Shown here one piece after another: positions 1 to 11,486 of a DNA stretch of 64,000 bases; the stretch's first letter is position 1, and each line of letters opens with the position of its first letter. Under the pieces are notes generated by a model that was not told where the DNA came from, did not search any database, and saw nothing but the letters and a program-made list of their open reading frames with translations. This stretch comes from Octopus vulgaris. Taxonomy: Eukaryota. The translations under genes and the position numbers were made by a program. The stretch is taken from positions 58,094,001-58,158,000 of the forward strand of contig OX597822.1 of the NCBI GenBank assembly GCA_951406725.2, written 5' to 3'.

Positions 1-192
1 TTACGAATTAAAAATAGATAACAGCGAGAATCCGCTGGTTGCTCCCACAGTAAAGATATGAGTATTCTCTCTTGTCGAGAAGTTACAGCCACAGTTAAGA
101 TTATAACAATGATCCAGTCAATATCAGAGAACATGCACAATTTTTTTAATTTTAGGGCCATGCCAAAGATACATGGTCTGTTATATTTAAAG

Positions 193-393
193 CAGTGGTT
201 TTCAACCAGGGTTCCGCCAGTACAGTCCAGGGGTTCCGCAAGAAGTTACAAAACTGCTAAAATCGGCAGTAATTTTTAATTTTCCTGTGCAGATATGTGT
301 GCATAAGACTATTAAATTATTGCACAGGGGTTCCTCGAGCCAGTGGAAAGTTTCCTTGGGGTTCCGCTCCACCAAAAAGGTTGAAAAGCACTG
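193..393. mobile_element. hAT (Charlie-like) MITE
   Basis: TIRs CAGTGGTTTTCAACC / GGTTGAAAAGCACTG; perfect 8-bp TSD ATTTAAAG on both sides. Confidence 0.9.
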
Positions 394-755
394 ATTTAAA
401 GGCTCTATCTGCCCCGATTTCCAAAGCAATAACTTAACCAGGGGTCTGATCATACCTAGTGGTCTAATAGTGCACTTGTTCACCAGCTCAAGTAATTGAG
501 CTGGTGGAGGAAAGGGATATTCAACACAATTTTAATACTTTTTGAGTATTATCTGGTAGATGGAAGTTTATTTGTGAGTGTTTAAGCTGTCGCTTTTACT
601 TAACAGTTCGACATATAGAGATGAAATCAGTATTGGGGTTTGATATCGTTCACTGAAACTCCTGCTGGCTGTACCTCAGTAAGGTCGCACTCCAGTGAGT
701 GAAACTAACTAATAGTAAAGAACTGATGACGAAATAGTAAGGTAGATGCTATATA

Positions 756-968
756 TATTTCTTTACTGCCCAGAAGGGGCGAAACATAGAGGGGACAAAC
801 AAGGACAGACGAAGGGATTGAGTGCGAAACTGGTACTTTATTTATCGACCCCGAAAGGATGAAAGGCAAAGTTGACCTCGGCGGAATTAGAACTCACAAC
901 GTAACGACAGACGAAATACCGCTAAGCATTTCGCCCGGCGCGCTAGCGTGTCTGCCAGCTCGCTGCCT
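756..968 (-). mobile_element. tRNA-derived SINE family A (~220 bp)
   Basis: Reverse complement of the GGCGGCGAGCTGGCAGAAACG...GCCTTTCATCCTTTCGGGGTCGATAAA...AAAGAAATA unit repeated throughout the window; near-identical flanks GTA(G/C)ATGCTATATA. Confidence 0.85.
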
Positions 969-1333
969 TGTACATGCTATATAAAGAAGCCATCTGATGC
1001 AATGATGGAATTGCGGTTAGTTTACGAAATTAGATAGTCATGCTGCCTTCCTAGCCTCACTTTGGATATCATTTGAGAGAGAGAGAGAGAGAAAGAGGTA
1101 AATGAGCTAAAAGAAAGCCTATAGTTGTTCTAGTTATCTCTCTTATTTTTACTCTGTGCGTGCGCGTGTGTGCATACATACATACATACGTGTGTATGTG
1201 TGTGAGTGTAAAACGCAAAATATTGACTGGATATTAAAGGCTCCATGAGCGACTTAGAATTAAGTAATTATTCTATAAAATGACTGACTTCGAGATTTTG
1301 TCAAATCTAGGTTTTTGAATTACAAAAATACCC

Positions 1334-1377
<44 letters not shown>

Positions 1378-1935
1378 AACAAACTAACAAACACAGATGT
1401 AATGAGGAGCGGAGCGGGTGCTAAAGAGGAGATAAAAGCTGTAAACAACATACTACGATATGATGTCGCAAGGAAAAGAAGAATACGGGAGATGGGGAGG
1501 GGTAGTAGGACGTTCGGGGTGGCGGATGGGGTTATTAAATGAAAAGCGATTTAGTCTTCACGCATACTCTTTCTTTCTCCCCCACCCGCAACTCAAACAC
1601 AATTTCGGGCTTTGCAGTATCTATTTTTTTTTTTTTTTACTTGATTCAGTTATTTGACTGCGGTCATGATGGAGCACTACTCTGAAATATTTTCGTCAAG
1701 CAAATAGCACCCCCCCCCTATAGTATTTATTTTTAAGTGTGGTACTTATTCTGTCGGACCCTTTTGTCAAACCGCTATGTTACGGGGGTGTAAGCAAACC
1801 TACACCGGTTGTCAGATGTATCACAAAAGCACGCACGCACACAACATACACGACGGGCTTCCGCACAACTTCCGTCTATCAAATTCACTTATAATGCATT
1901 TGGTCTTTTCGGGGGGATCGAACACTCTTTAATTC

Positions 1936-2330
1936 CTTTACTTGTTTCAGTCATTTGATTGCGGCCATGCAGGAGCACCGCCTTAAAGGGTATTAGTCGA
2001 AGAAATCGACCCCAGGACTTATTCTTTGTAAGCTTAGTACTTATTCTATCGGTCTGTTTTGTCGAACCGTTAAGTTACGGGGACATAAGCATACCAGGAT
2101 CGGTTGTCAAGCGACAGCGGAGGTGGGGTACAAACACAGATGTACACACACAAATATATATATATTTATATATATACGACGGGCTTCTTCCAGTTTCTGT
2201 CTACCAAATCCATTCATAAGGCATTGGTCAGCAAGAGGCTATAGTAGAAGACACGTACCAAAGATGTCATGCAGTGGGACTGAACCCGGGACCATGTGGT
2301 TGGGAAGCATTCTTACCACACAGCCACGCC
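1936..2330 (-). mobile_element. SINE family B (~400 bp, internal CA/TA microsatellite)
   Basis: Reverse complement of the GGCTGTGTGGTAAG...CCTTGGGCAAGTG...GACTGAAACAAGTAAA unit; roughly 25 full or partial copies in the window. Confidence 0.85.
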
Positions 2331-2502
2331 TAAGCAAATCATGTCAAGATGAGGTCTGTAATATTTGTTAATATTTATATTTCAGAGAAGCCAAGTAAAT
2401 TTACATAGATCGACAAAAACGTATGTTAATATATTGTGGCATACACGTGAGCGTATATCACGTACCCTCTTACACCGCTATTTCAAACACACACACATCT
2501 AT

Positions 2503-2825
2503 TGCTTACCAACCACATGGTTTCTGGCGGCACCTTGGGCAAGTGTCTTCTACAATAAGCCTCGAGGCGGCCACCGCCTTGTGAGTGGATTTGGTAGACG
2601 GAAACTGAAAGAAGCCTGTCGTGCACATGTGTGTGTGTGTTTGTGTGTTTATCTGTTTGTTCCCCCACCATCGCTTGACAACCAATGTCCTCGTAACTTA
2701 GCGGTTCGGCAAAACACACCGATAGAATAAGTACTAGACTTACAAAGAATAAGTCCTGGGGTCGACTTCTTCGACTAAAAGGCGGTGTTCCAGCATGGCC
2801 GCAGTCATGAAACGAATAAAAGAAT
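2503..2825 (+). mobile_element. SINE family B, 5'-truncated
   Basis: Same unit as 1936-2330, opposite orientation. Confidence 0.8.
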
Positions 2826-2926
2826 AGGAAATGTTAGCGCTAAGTAGTGCTTAGGCATAAGCAAGATTTAGGTTAGTTGAGATATTTACATTTGACAGAT
2901 ATTTGTCCTCATCTTGTTTCCTGTTA

Positions 2927-2970
2927 ACACAACATTTCGGCTGATATACCCTCCAGCCTTCATCAGGTGT
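2927..2970 (-). ncRNA. Minimal type-I hammerhead ribozyme motif in a probable Penelope-like remnant (~2885-3030)
   Basis: Minus strand reads ACAC-CTGATGA-A-GGCTG-GAGGGTATAT-CAGCC-GAAA-TG-TT-GTGT: both conserved core boxes, 5-bp stem II, stem I ACAC/GTGT; stem III looks like CpG-decayed palindrome AACGTT. Confidence 0.7.
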
Positions 2971-3500
2971 CTTGGGGGAAATTTCGAACCTGAGTTCTCA
3001 TTCCCAAGGTATTTTTCGGTGTTATTATTATTCGTCAAATGTAGATAATGTTCATAATTCCTCATATCGTAAATATAGAAATGCATTAGTTAAGGTATGT
3101 TTGTGTATTTGTCTTTTAGCAGTTGAAATATATGTATATGTATATATTTGTATGTTATTGCCTTGACTTCGTGCGACAGTGGTGTCCATCTTTCCCAACC
3201 CTCCGTGAAAACATGTTTGGCCATGGTAAATATTACCTTACTAGGAAACAGCTAAGGGGTGGCAACAGGAAGGGTATACGGCCGTTGGAAAATCTCCCCT
3301 CAACAAATTATGTCTCAGCTATGCGAGCATGGAAAAGTGAACGTTAAAACGATGTTTATATATACACACACAATGTAGTGACACCGTAGAAGATTAATGC
3401 TTATTAAGGCCACATATATTGTAAGTACATTTTTGTTGGTTCTATTCATAGAAATCTGATCTGACCTTATACTTTCACTGTTTTTTTCTGTAAAACCTCA

Positions 3501-4520
3501 ATGACCATCAATTATGTCAGATTCATTGACGCTACTCACCACTATGCTCGTAGCGAATATCCAGATGATCATATTGGCACTAAGGATACAGCTCTATCTG
3601 TACAGCATGGAAGACCACGCACCATGTTCATTGTGGACATGTTGAAGAGTCTTAACTTAATAAAGCTATGGTTCTGCTGATGTCTGTCGCAACTGATTGT
3701 TGCAGCGACATATCGAGAGACGCGTTCGACAAGCATATGGACAGGAGCTGTCCAGCATAGCATCGGTTATGGAAAAGGAAAATTGGCGGCGAGTTGGCAG
3801 AAACGTTAGCACGTCGGGCGAAATGCTTAGCAGTATTTCGTCTGCCGTTACGTTCTGAGTTCAAATTCCGCCGAGGTCGACTTTGCCTTTCATCCTTTCG
3901 GGGTCGATAAATTAAGTACCAGTTACGCACTGGGGTCGATGTATGTCTGTCCTTGTTTGTCCCCTCTATGTTTAGCCCCTTGTGGGTAATAAAGAAATAG
4001 CTTATGGAAAAGGAAATCACGGACTCATCAAATATTGGTGATGCTATGAAATCATTATTGCTCCATTCATTTCAGCTACCATAATAAGGTCCTTACGGCG
4101 TGGTGGCTCGTATGCCTTAATGTCCTTGTGCTATGCCAGCAGAGCACAAACTTCTTGTAGAGCTTCCCATGCGCGGCAAGTCAAAGGGTAGAAGCCAGAC
4201 TAACATGGACCGCCTCTTGCAGACGTAAAAATCGGTTTGCATAAGGCCAACAATTCCCATCTAACAAGCAGCAAAGTTACAGAAGCATTGGTGAGAGCTC
4301 ACAACCAACAAGACCTAAAAGCAGAAGGATTTCCTCAGGAAGCACACGATGCCGTACAGCAAAATCCGAAAAGAGGCAGAGCTGACAAAGGTCCACCTGA
4401 AAAGAAGTCGAAAATATAGTCCAGAGGCGAGAATATAGGAGAAAAGTCGACGTTGGTCTCTACTCCATTTGGACTAAGCACATCCAGTTCAGGTACTTTA
4501 TGCCGATGGTCCTCATACTG
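3501..4520 (+). pseudogene. Decayed non-repetitive coding-like segment, possibly an endogenous viral nucleoprotein; split by a SINE
   Basis: ATG at 3501; successive frames give MTINYVRFIDATHHYARSEYPDD..., AMVLLMSVATDCCSDISRDAFDKHMDR, ELSSIASVMEKEITDSSNIGDAMKSLLLHSFQL, GPYGVVARMP*CPCAMPAEHKLLVEL, ...KRGRADKGPPEKKSKI; the frame is continuous across the SINE once one TSD is removed. Confidence 0.35.
3785..4001 (+). mobile_element. SINE family A
   Basis: Full unit; 15-bp TSD TTATGGAAAAGGAAA at 3767-3781 and 4002-4016. Confidence 0.92.
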
Positions 4521-6227
4521 ACAAATACTAGCTTTATATTCGTCAAATTTTTTGCACTTCTCTCCCATCCTTCATTAATTAGATGACAAAGCTAGGAAAT
4601 ATATATTGCATCCATATAATTCTAAGTACACCATGGTATTTAACAAGTTAAAAAATTTGGAAATCACCGTAATTTTAATGAACATGGCATATTCATCCCC
4701 TTTCCAATTCTCATAGATCTTCCCTGGGGTACCTGCTACCCGTTTCCACGAGAAACACTGCCTTTTAGTATAGTATATAGTTTAGTGGAACACTAATATT
4801 CCCTTATTTATAACGGAAGTTGAGAGTTTGAGCTAAATAAAATGCTTCGATTTTCGTTGATTGTTTCTTGTCACAACCCGTATACAATTTCTGTTCGTTG
4901 CTCTCTCCAACAAATCCAATAGTACATTTATAGTGTTGTTAGTTCAATAAGCTTATATAACCAAATAACCTAGAAAAGAGATTTGCTCTGTTTGTGTGGA
5001 AAAAAAAATACACGTTGCCTCAGTAATTCAATCAATGAAGTCTAATATGTGAGTTTAGTGATCCATTAAACACGCAGAACGAACATTTAAACACACACAC
5101 ACATACATAAACACAAACACGTGTATACAAGTATCAGAATCACGTGAATGCAACTATACGACGCCCAGTAAACTTTCACAAAAAAAACATATTCTCACTC
5201 GGTCGATGACCAGCTAAGTTTTATTTATAATTGTTTTTGTCACCGCCCCACGGCAGGCTGGGTGTACTGTACGTTTTTTGATTATGGAATTTATGATTTG
5301 GGACACAGACGTTCTTTTTTGTTACACCCGACGGGCTGCCATGTACTTTTCGCCTGCCTAATTTCACTCGCAAGTATGGAGCTACGTGGGGTTTATAGTA
5401 AATGTTTGCAAACATGCCACGTACCGGGAGCGGATCTGGGCCTTATGGTTCCAAAGCAAACTCCCTTAACTATTCCATTTCGCCATATTGCACGTTACAC
5501 GCCCCCCCCCCCCCCACACGCACGCACACACACACGCACACGCACATGCACACACATAGTTGACATAAGAATGTATAAACTTCGAAAGAACGTGTGATAA
5601 TTCTTTTTTGGAATGGTGAATCTCGAAGCAGATAAAGCTATAAATAATTGACTGCCGGAAGAAAGAGAACTCAGTGCGCTAGTAGAGATTAATAATATTT
5701 TTATTTGGTAGAGTCAGTTTGTTACTACCCTGTGGGTACGCAGAATCTTCAAGCAAGTTACGACTTGTCGTAGCTTGCTTGAAGAACCTGCGTGCCCATA
5801 GACAAAACTCGACACGACCCAAATTAAAATATTCTATTATATATATTCCAAATTTCACAAAGCCAGTGTTCGTTTATGAAATTTGGAATAAGGAATTGTG
5901 AAGCTTCAAGCACTCTATTTTTTGGTATTGAGTACTTCTTTTACTTTGTATGCACAAACTTTACGTATATGTCTGTGCGTGCGGGCATGTAGGCATAGAC
6001 ATACTCATTAATGGTAACTAAAGCTTCATTCATACTCCAAGTCTCACGTTTGGGACTCTCTCTCTCTCTCGCTCGCTCATATATATATAGAGAGAGGGAG
6101 AAAGACAAGACAGAATCTGAGAAGTCGTCTACAAAGCTAAGAACTATGAATGCGAAACCATTGGTCACTCAGTGATGGGACATATATTTAATTACATGTA
6201 AGTACATTACTGCTCTATCCTTTAGAA

Positions 6228-7788
6228 CAGTGGTTCTCAACCCCGAGGGTCTATATAAGATTTTGGGGGTCCGCACAACAAAATAGTAAAATGGATATTT
6301 ACAATAGTAATTTAAGGGCCCCTGAAAAAATATGCTTTAGACGTAAGTATTGGTATGACGAGAAACATTTGGGTTTCTTTTTCTAACGTTTTACATAATT
6401 CAACCTACACAAATTAATATGTGAAAACATTAATAAATAACATTCTATAAAACTATTGGGTTGGCATCTAAGTTCCCGCCGTTTTTTAAATTTTGGAATT
6501 TATTTTTTTCGAGAATTCTAATTTTGAATCATTTTAGAATCTTTTTATTTTCTTAGTTAATTTTAAATAACTTTTGTTTATTTTCAGATCATTAAAATGT
6601 AATGCCAGGTTAAGAAAAACGAGCATTTTCGACATCTCCTTTTTCCTTTTAATCAAGGTTCTAAGGCCGCAAAAGCTTCTCGCGACATTTGTGCTGTGTA
6701 TGGAGAGGGTGCCATAGCTGAAAGAACCGCTCGTGATTGGTATGCCAAGTTCAAAAATGGAGATTTTGACCTCAAAGACGTACCTCGTTCTAGCCGTCCA
6801 GTTGAGTTCGATGTAGAGCGATTAAACCAACTTTTGCACGAAAATTCTCGTCAGACGACAAGGGAACTGACGGAAAATGGAATGTTCTCACACTGCTATA
6901 GAGAAGCATCTTCACTCGATGAGAAAGGTTCAAAAGTATGGAGCATGAGTTCCGCATGCTATAAATGTGACAACAAAAACCAGCGAGCCACAATCTCCGC
7001 TGGTTTGCTTGATCGTTACCGCTCAACTCATGGACACAAGCAACGATTTATTTACCGAATCGTTACTGGCAACGAAAAATGGTGCCTGTACATCAATATG
7101 AAGCAGCGTAAGGAATTGCTTAGCCCCGGTAAATAAGCGACACCGCGCGTGAAACAAGATCTTCATCCGCGTAAAACGATGTTGTGCGTATGGTGGGACT
7201 GGGAAGGGATTATCCATTCGGAATTCCTTGAACGGAACCAAACGGTCAACGCGGATCTCTAAGTTCAACAGATGGAACGACTCAACACGGCTGTTCAAGA
7301 GAAAAGACCTAATCGGCAGAATGGAGTTCTTCTGCTGCACGACAATTCCCGCCCTCATATCGCCAATATGACCAAGGAAGCCATTCAAACGCATGGCTGG
7401 GAAGTGCTGCCACACCCGCCGTACTCTCCTTATTTAGCAGCAACGGATTTCCACCTCTTTCGATCTCTTTCAAATGCTATGCGCGGAGTTTCGCTCAATA
7501 CTGATGCAGAATTGAGAGCTTGGTTGGATCAATTTTTCGAGTCGAAATCGGGTGATTTCTACCAACGTTGAAAGTTGGGAAGAAGTTGTAGACAACAAGG
7601 GTAAATACATTATTGATTAATTAGTTGTTATTTTTTATTAAACCTTTTAAAAAACTTAAATTTAAAAAAAAAAACGGCGGTAACTTAGTTGCCAACTCAA
7701 TAGTTCTTAAACATAGAATGACTATGGGGGTACACTAGAATAAAATAGTAATCAAAGGTGTCCAAAGATAAATTGTTGAGAACCCTTG
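6228..7788. mobile_element. hAT MITE interrupted by a mariner
   Basis: CAGTGGTTCTCAAC...GTTGAGAACCCTTG ends; TSD CTTTAGAA/CTTTAGAG; uninterrupted sister copy at 22778-23112. Confidence 0.85.
6456..7700 (+). mobile_element. Full-length decayed mariner transposon (D34D)
   Basis: TIRs TTGGGTTGGCATCTAAGTTCCCGCCG / CGGCGGTAACTTAGTTGCCAACTCAA; TA TSD; transposase motifs IVTGNEKW, HDNSRPH, HPPYSPYLAATDFHLF (34 residues between the last two Asp); frameshifts and stops. Confidence 0.95.
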
Positions 7789-7929
7789 CTTTAGAGTGCG
7801 CTTCTTTTTCTTTCTTTTTTTCTTTTGATATGTGTAGTGATTGCATCCTTTTTGGTGTTGAAGGGACACCACTCCAGCGGAGATCATGTCATAAACAAAA
7901 ATGATCAATTGATTATATATATATATATA

Positions 7930-8155
7930 TATCCGTGGGCTGGTGTAAGTTCCTGGCTTTAAGAGTATCATGAAAGGCCTGGTCAGAGGCCCAACATTCC
8001 GAGTTCTTTTACAGGGCTTAGAAGAACTGAAGGACCGCTGCAATAAGTGCCTGAATCTGAGAGGGGAATATGTTGAATAAAAATCATATAATTAACTGAT
8101 CTTCCTGTATTTTCCTTTACCCAATGCCAGGAACTTTTCAGCACCCCGTCGCGTA
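7930..8155 (+). mobile_element. Internally deleted mariner MITE
   Basis: Inverted ends AAGTTCCTGGC / GCCAGGAACTT; retains transposase C-terminus QGLEELKDRCNKCLNLRGEYVE*. Confidence 0.7.
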
Positions 8156-8167
8156 TATATATTTATA

Positions 8168-8237
<70 letters not shown>

Positions 8238-8513
8238 AACGGGGGTAAATATGAGTTGTGTGTGCACATACACATTATTACACACACGCAACTGTTGGCA
8301 TGGAGTATATTTTGACACAAGTAGAATTAGTTTTTGACAACAATAAAAAAATTGTCAAACATCGAATCAATCGAGTTTTGTTTATTTTGAACAAGGATCC
8401 TACAATTCTACTTTCCGCCTCTCTCTCAATAGAAAGGGGTGGCCAATTTGGTGGAACCGGACTGTAGTATGTAGAAAGAAAGCGATAGAGAGGAATCTGC
8501 ATAGAGGAACCAG

Positions 8514-8515
8514 AT

Positions 8516-8573
<58 letters not shown>

Positions 8574-8652
8574 GGATGGATGGATGGATGGATGGATGGA
8601 TGGATGGATGGATGGAGGGAGGGAGGGAGGGATGGAGGGAGGGAGGGAGGGT
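8514..8652. repeat. Compound microsatellite (GATA)n-(GATG)n-(GAGG)n
   Basis: Directly visible. Confidence 0.95.
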
Positions 8653-9039
8653 GAGAAAGGGACTTTCAGTTGCGAGCTAGGCTTGAACTAACGACTCACT
8701 TTTCACTTCTCTGCTCCTCATCAATGAGAAGATAAGAAAGCGTTCAATCGAAATAGTTTAACATAATATATATTTTCTTTAATTGCCTCAAGGATAAGAA
8801 CACAAAGTTTTCTAATTCTCTAATACTCGCTCGTAACTCTAGACCATAAACAGGACTACTACTAATACTACTACTGTCAATAGCACCAATAGTCAAACAC
8901 AGTTACTGCTGCGAGCAAACGAGAAAGCCTGTTTGTATCTGAAAAGATCATGTAAATATATATTGGACAACTGTAGTGCTATGTTTAAAAAGAAATGGGA
9001 TGGTCACGGTTGGAACATCTTTCGTGCGCTTTGTTAGAT

Positions 9040-9445
9040 TGCTACTGACGCGGGGCTAAAGAACTGCCGCGCTTCCAATAGCAAACATTGTGATGTTTAC
9101 AAAATACAGCGCGTCTGCGTAATATAATTTGTGCGTTTTAGCGCCAATTCGCTCCGCCTTCTACTTGACTCCGCCCACCTAACGGTCATTTCATTCATAT
9201 TTTGAATATCAGCGTTACTACAACGACTGCCGCCACCACAAAAGGAGGAGAGGAGGAGGAGACGATGCATTGTGGAAATTGCGGGAGTGCCGAGAAAAGG
9301 AGCGGGAGATAAATGACTGTTTGGTGTGCGGTAGAGCGAATGTTGCCGCGCTTAGCCAGCCGGTCGGCCGGCCGGCCTGCTTTCTGTTACTCCTCCCACT
9401 CCGTCTTAGGCTTGCTCTCGTCGATTTAAATACGAGCTACGTTAC
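9040..9445. promoter_or_regulatory. CpG-rich unique island, candidate promoter or first exon
   Basis: Dense CpG (GCCGGTCGGCCGGCCGGC, GCCGCGC), GC boxes CTCCGCC/CCGCCC near 9152-9177, no copy elsewhere in the window. Confidence 0.45.
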
Positions 9446-10287
9446 ATATATACAAAGAACATTGAAAATCTTATACACTAACAGAGAGCACTAACTAATA
9501 ATAGTTAAGTGCAGGTTACCATACTTAATGTGACCTGCAGGTGCAGGAGCGGCTGCGTAGTAAGAAGCTTGCTTCCCAACCATGTTGCCTTGGGTTCAAT
9601 CCCACTGCAGTGCCACTTTAGCCCAGGGCCGCTTTGTTAGTGGATTTTGTAGACAGAAACTAAAATAGGCCTACCGCACGCGCGCGTGGTTGTGTGATAA
9701 GAAGTTTGCTTCCTCAATCACATCGTTCTGGGTTCAGTCCCACTGTATGTCACTTAGGGTGTCTTCTGTTATAATTTCGGACTAACCAAGGGCTTTATGA
9801 GTGGAGTTGGTGGATGGAAACTGAAAGGAACCCGTTGTGTGTGTGTATGTATGTATGGAGGTTCCTGGCTTAATGATTAGGGTATTGGATTCATGATTGT
9901 AAGATTGTGGTTTCGATTCCTGGACCGGGTGATGCGTTGTTCTTGAGCAGAACACTTCATTTCACGACGCTTCAGTCTATTCGGCGGTGAAAATGGGTAA
10001 TCTTGCGACGAACCGATGTAATCTCCAGCGGAGAATATATACAGTATGGAAATCGGAAAACCGGCCCTATGAGTCTATATGACCGGAGGAAGGATCTGTG
10101 TGTGTGCGCGTGCGTTCTCCACCACCGCTTGACAACCGCTGTTGGTGTGTTTACGTCCCCATGATTAGCGGTTTGGAAATAATGACCTACAGGATAAGTA
10201 TCAGTCTTGAAATAAATAAGTCCTGAGGTCGTTCGACTGAAATTTTTTAAGGCGGTGCCCCAATCTAACGACTGATACAAGTAAAGG

Positions 10288-10328
<41 letters not shown>

Positions 10329-10799
10329 TTGTCTCAGTCATTTGACTGTGGTCATGCTGGAGCACCGCTTTTAGTCGAGCAAACGAGCAAATCGCCCCAA
10401 GGACTTATTCTTTGTAAGCCTAGTACTTATTCCATCGGTCTCTTTTGGCGAACCGCTAAGTTACGGGGACGTAAACACACCACCATCGGTTGTCAAGCGA
10501 TGTTGGGGGGGACAAGCACAGACACACAAACATACATATACATATATACGACGGGCTTCTTTCAGTTTCCGTCTACCAAATCCACTCACAAGGCTTTGGT
10601 CGGCCTGAGGCCATAGTAGAAGACAACAAAGTATCTCAAGTCATTTATAATAATTTAATTAGGGTACTCGTCCTGCCTTGGTTTTCATCCTTTTCCTCTA
10701 ACACGGAAGCCTAATACGGATCCCTAGCACCAGCCTCATCTGACCAATCATCAGCGTACCCATTCGTTTAGATCACCAGTGAACTTAATCCTTCATATG

Positions 10800-10842
<43 letters not shown>

Positions 10843-10848
<6 letters not shown>

Positions 10849-11486
10849 TTGCGATGGGTAAATTGTCAGAGTGTTGGGTGTCATTCTCAGTCCCCAAAAC
10901 ATGTACAGAGACTGATAAAAATCAAACATCCAGTCAACATAATGGTGTTTGGAGTGACCACTAGTGATGGCGACGCTATACCTCCGTTCATCTTCCCACA
11001 CGGCCTCAGACTCAACGTGGAAGCCTACATCAAGTGTCTGGAGGAGGGAGTGCTGCTCTGGGTGAAAAGGGTCGCTGCTGGAAGACCCTATGTCTGGCAA
11101 CAGGACTCTACATCATGCCACACATGCAAGAGAACCCAGTCATGGCTGTCAGACAATTTCTGTGACCACATCACCCCTAACATCTGACCACCTAACTCTC
11201 CAGACTGCAACTCCCTTGATTATTATGTGTGGGATGCAGTTGAGGGAGAGACCAACAAAACTCCTTGTAAAACCAAAGATGAACTGAAGGCAAATATTAT
11301 GGCAGCATTCACTAACTTTAAACATGGAAACCGTCCAGAAGAGTTGCAGGAGATTCCGAAGTCGTCTGATTGAAGCCAATGGCGATTTTATTGAATAAAT
11401 TTACCCTTTAATATGTTAAAATGAGACGTCAGTGTCATTTTCATTTTTGCGTATTATAGACGACCGTTCATTTATCGCACCCTATA
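10843..11486 (+). mobile_element. Internally deleted Tc1/mariner D37D (maT) element
   Basis: HPVNIMVFGV...WQQDSTSCH...P*PPNSPDCNSLDYYVW-type sequence with 37 residues between Asp; ends match 17244-18506; inserted in a TA run. Confidence 0.88.

Noticed and set aside
723-740. CTGATGACGAAATAGTA hammerhead-like boxes
   Set aside because: No stem II and no stem I pairing; likely chance
3785-3875. tRNA-like A/B boxes in SINE heads
   Set aside because: SINE Pol III promoters; no complete cloverleaf, so not called as tRNA genes
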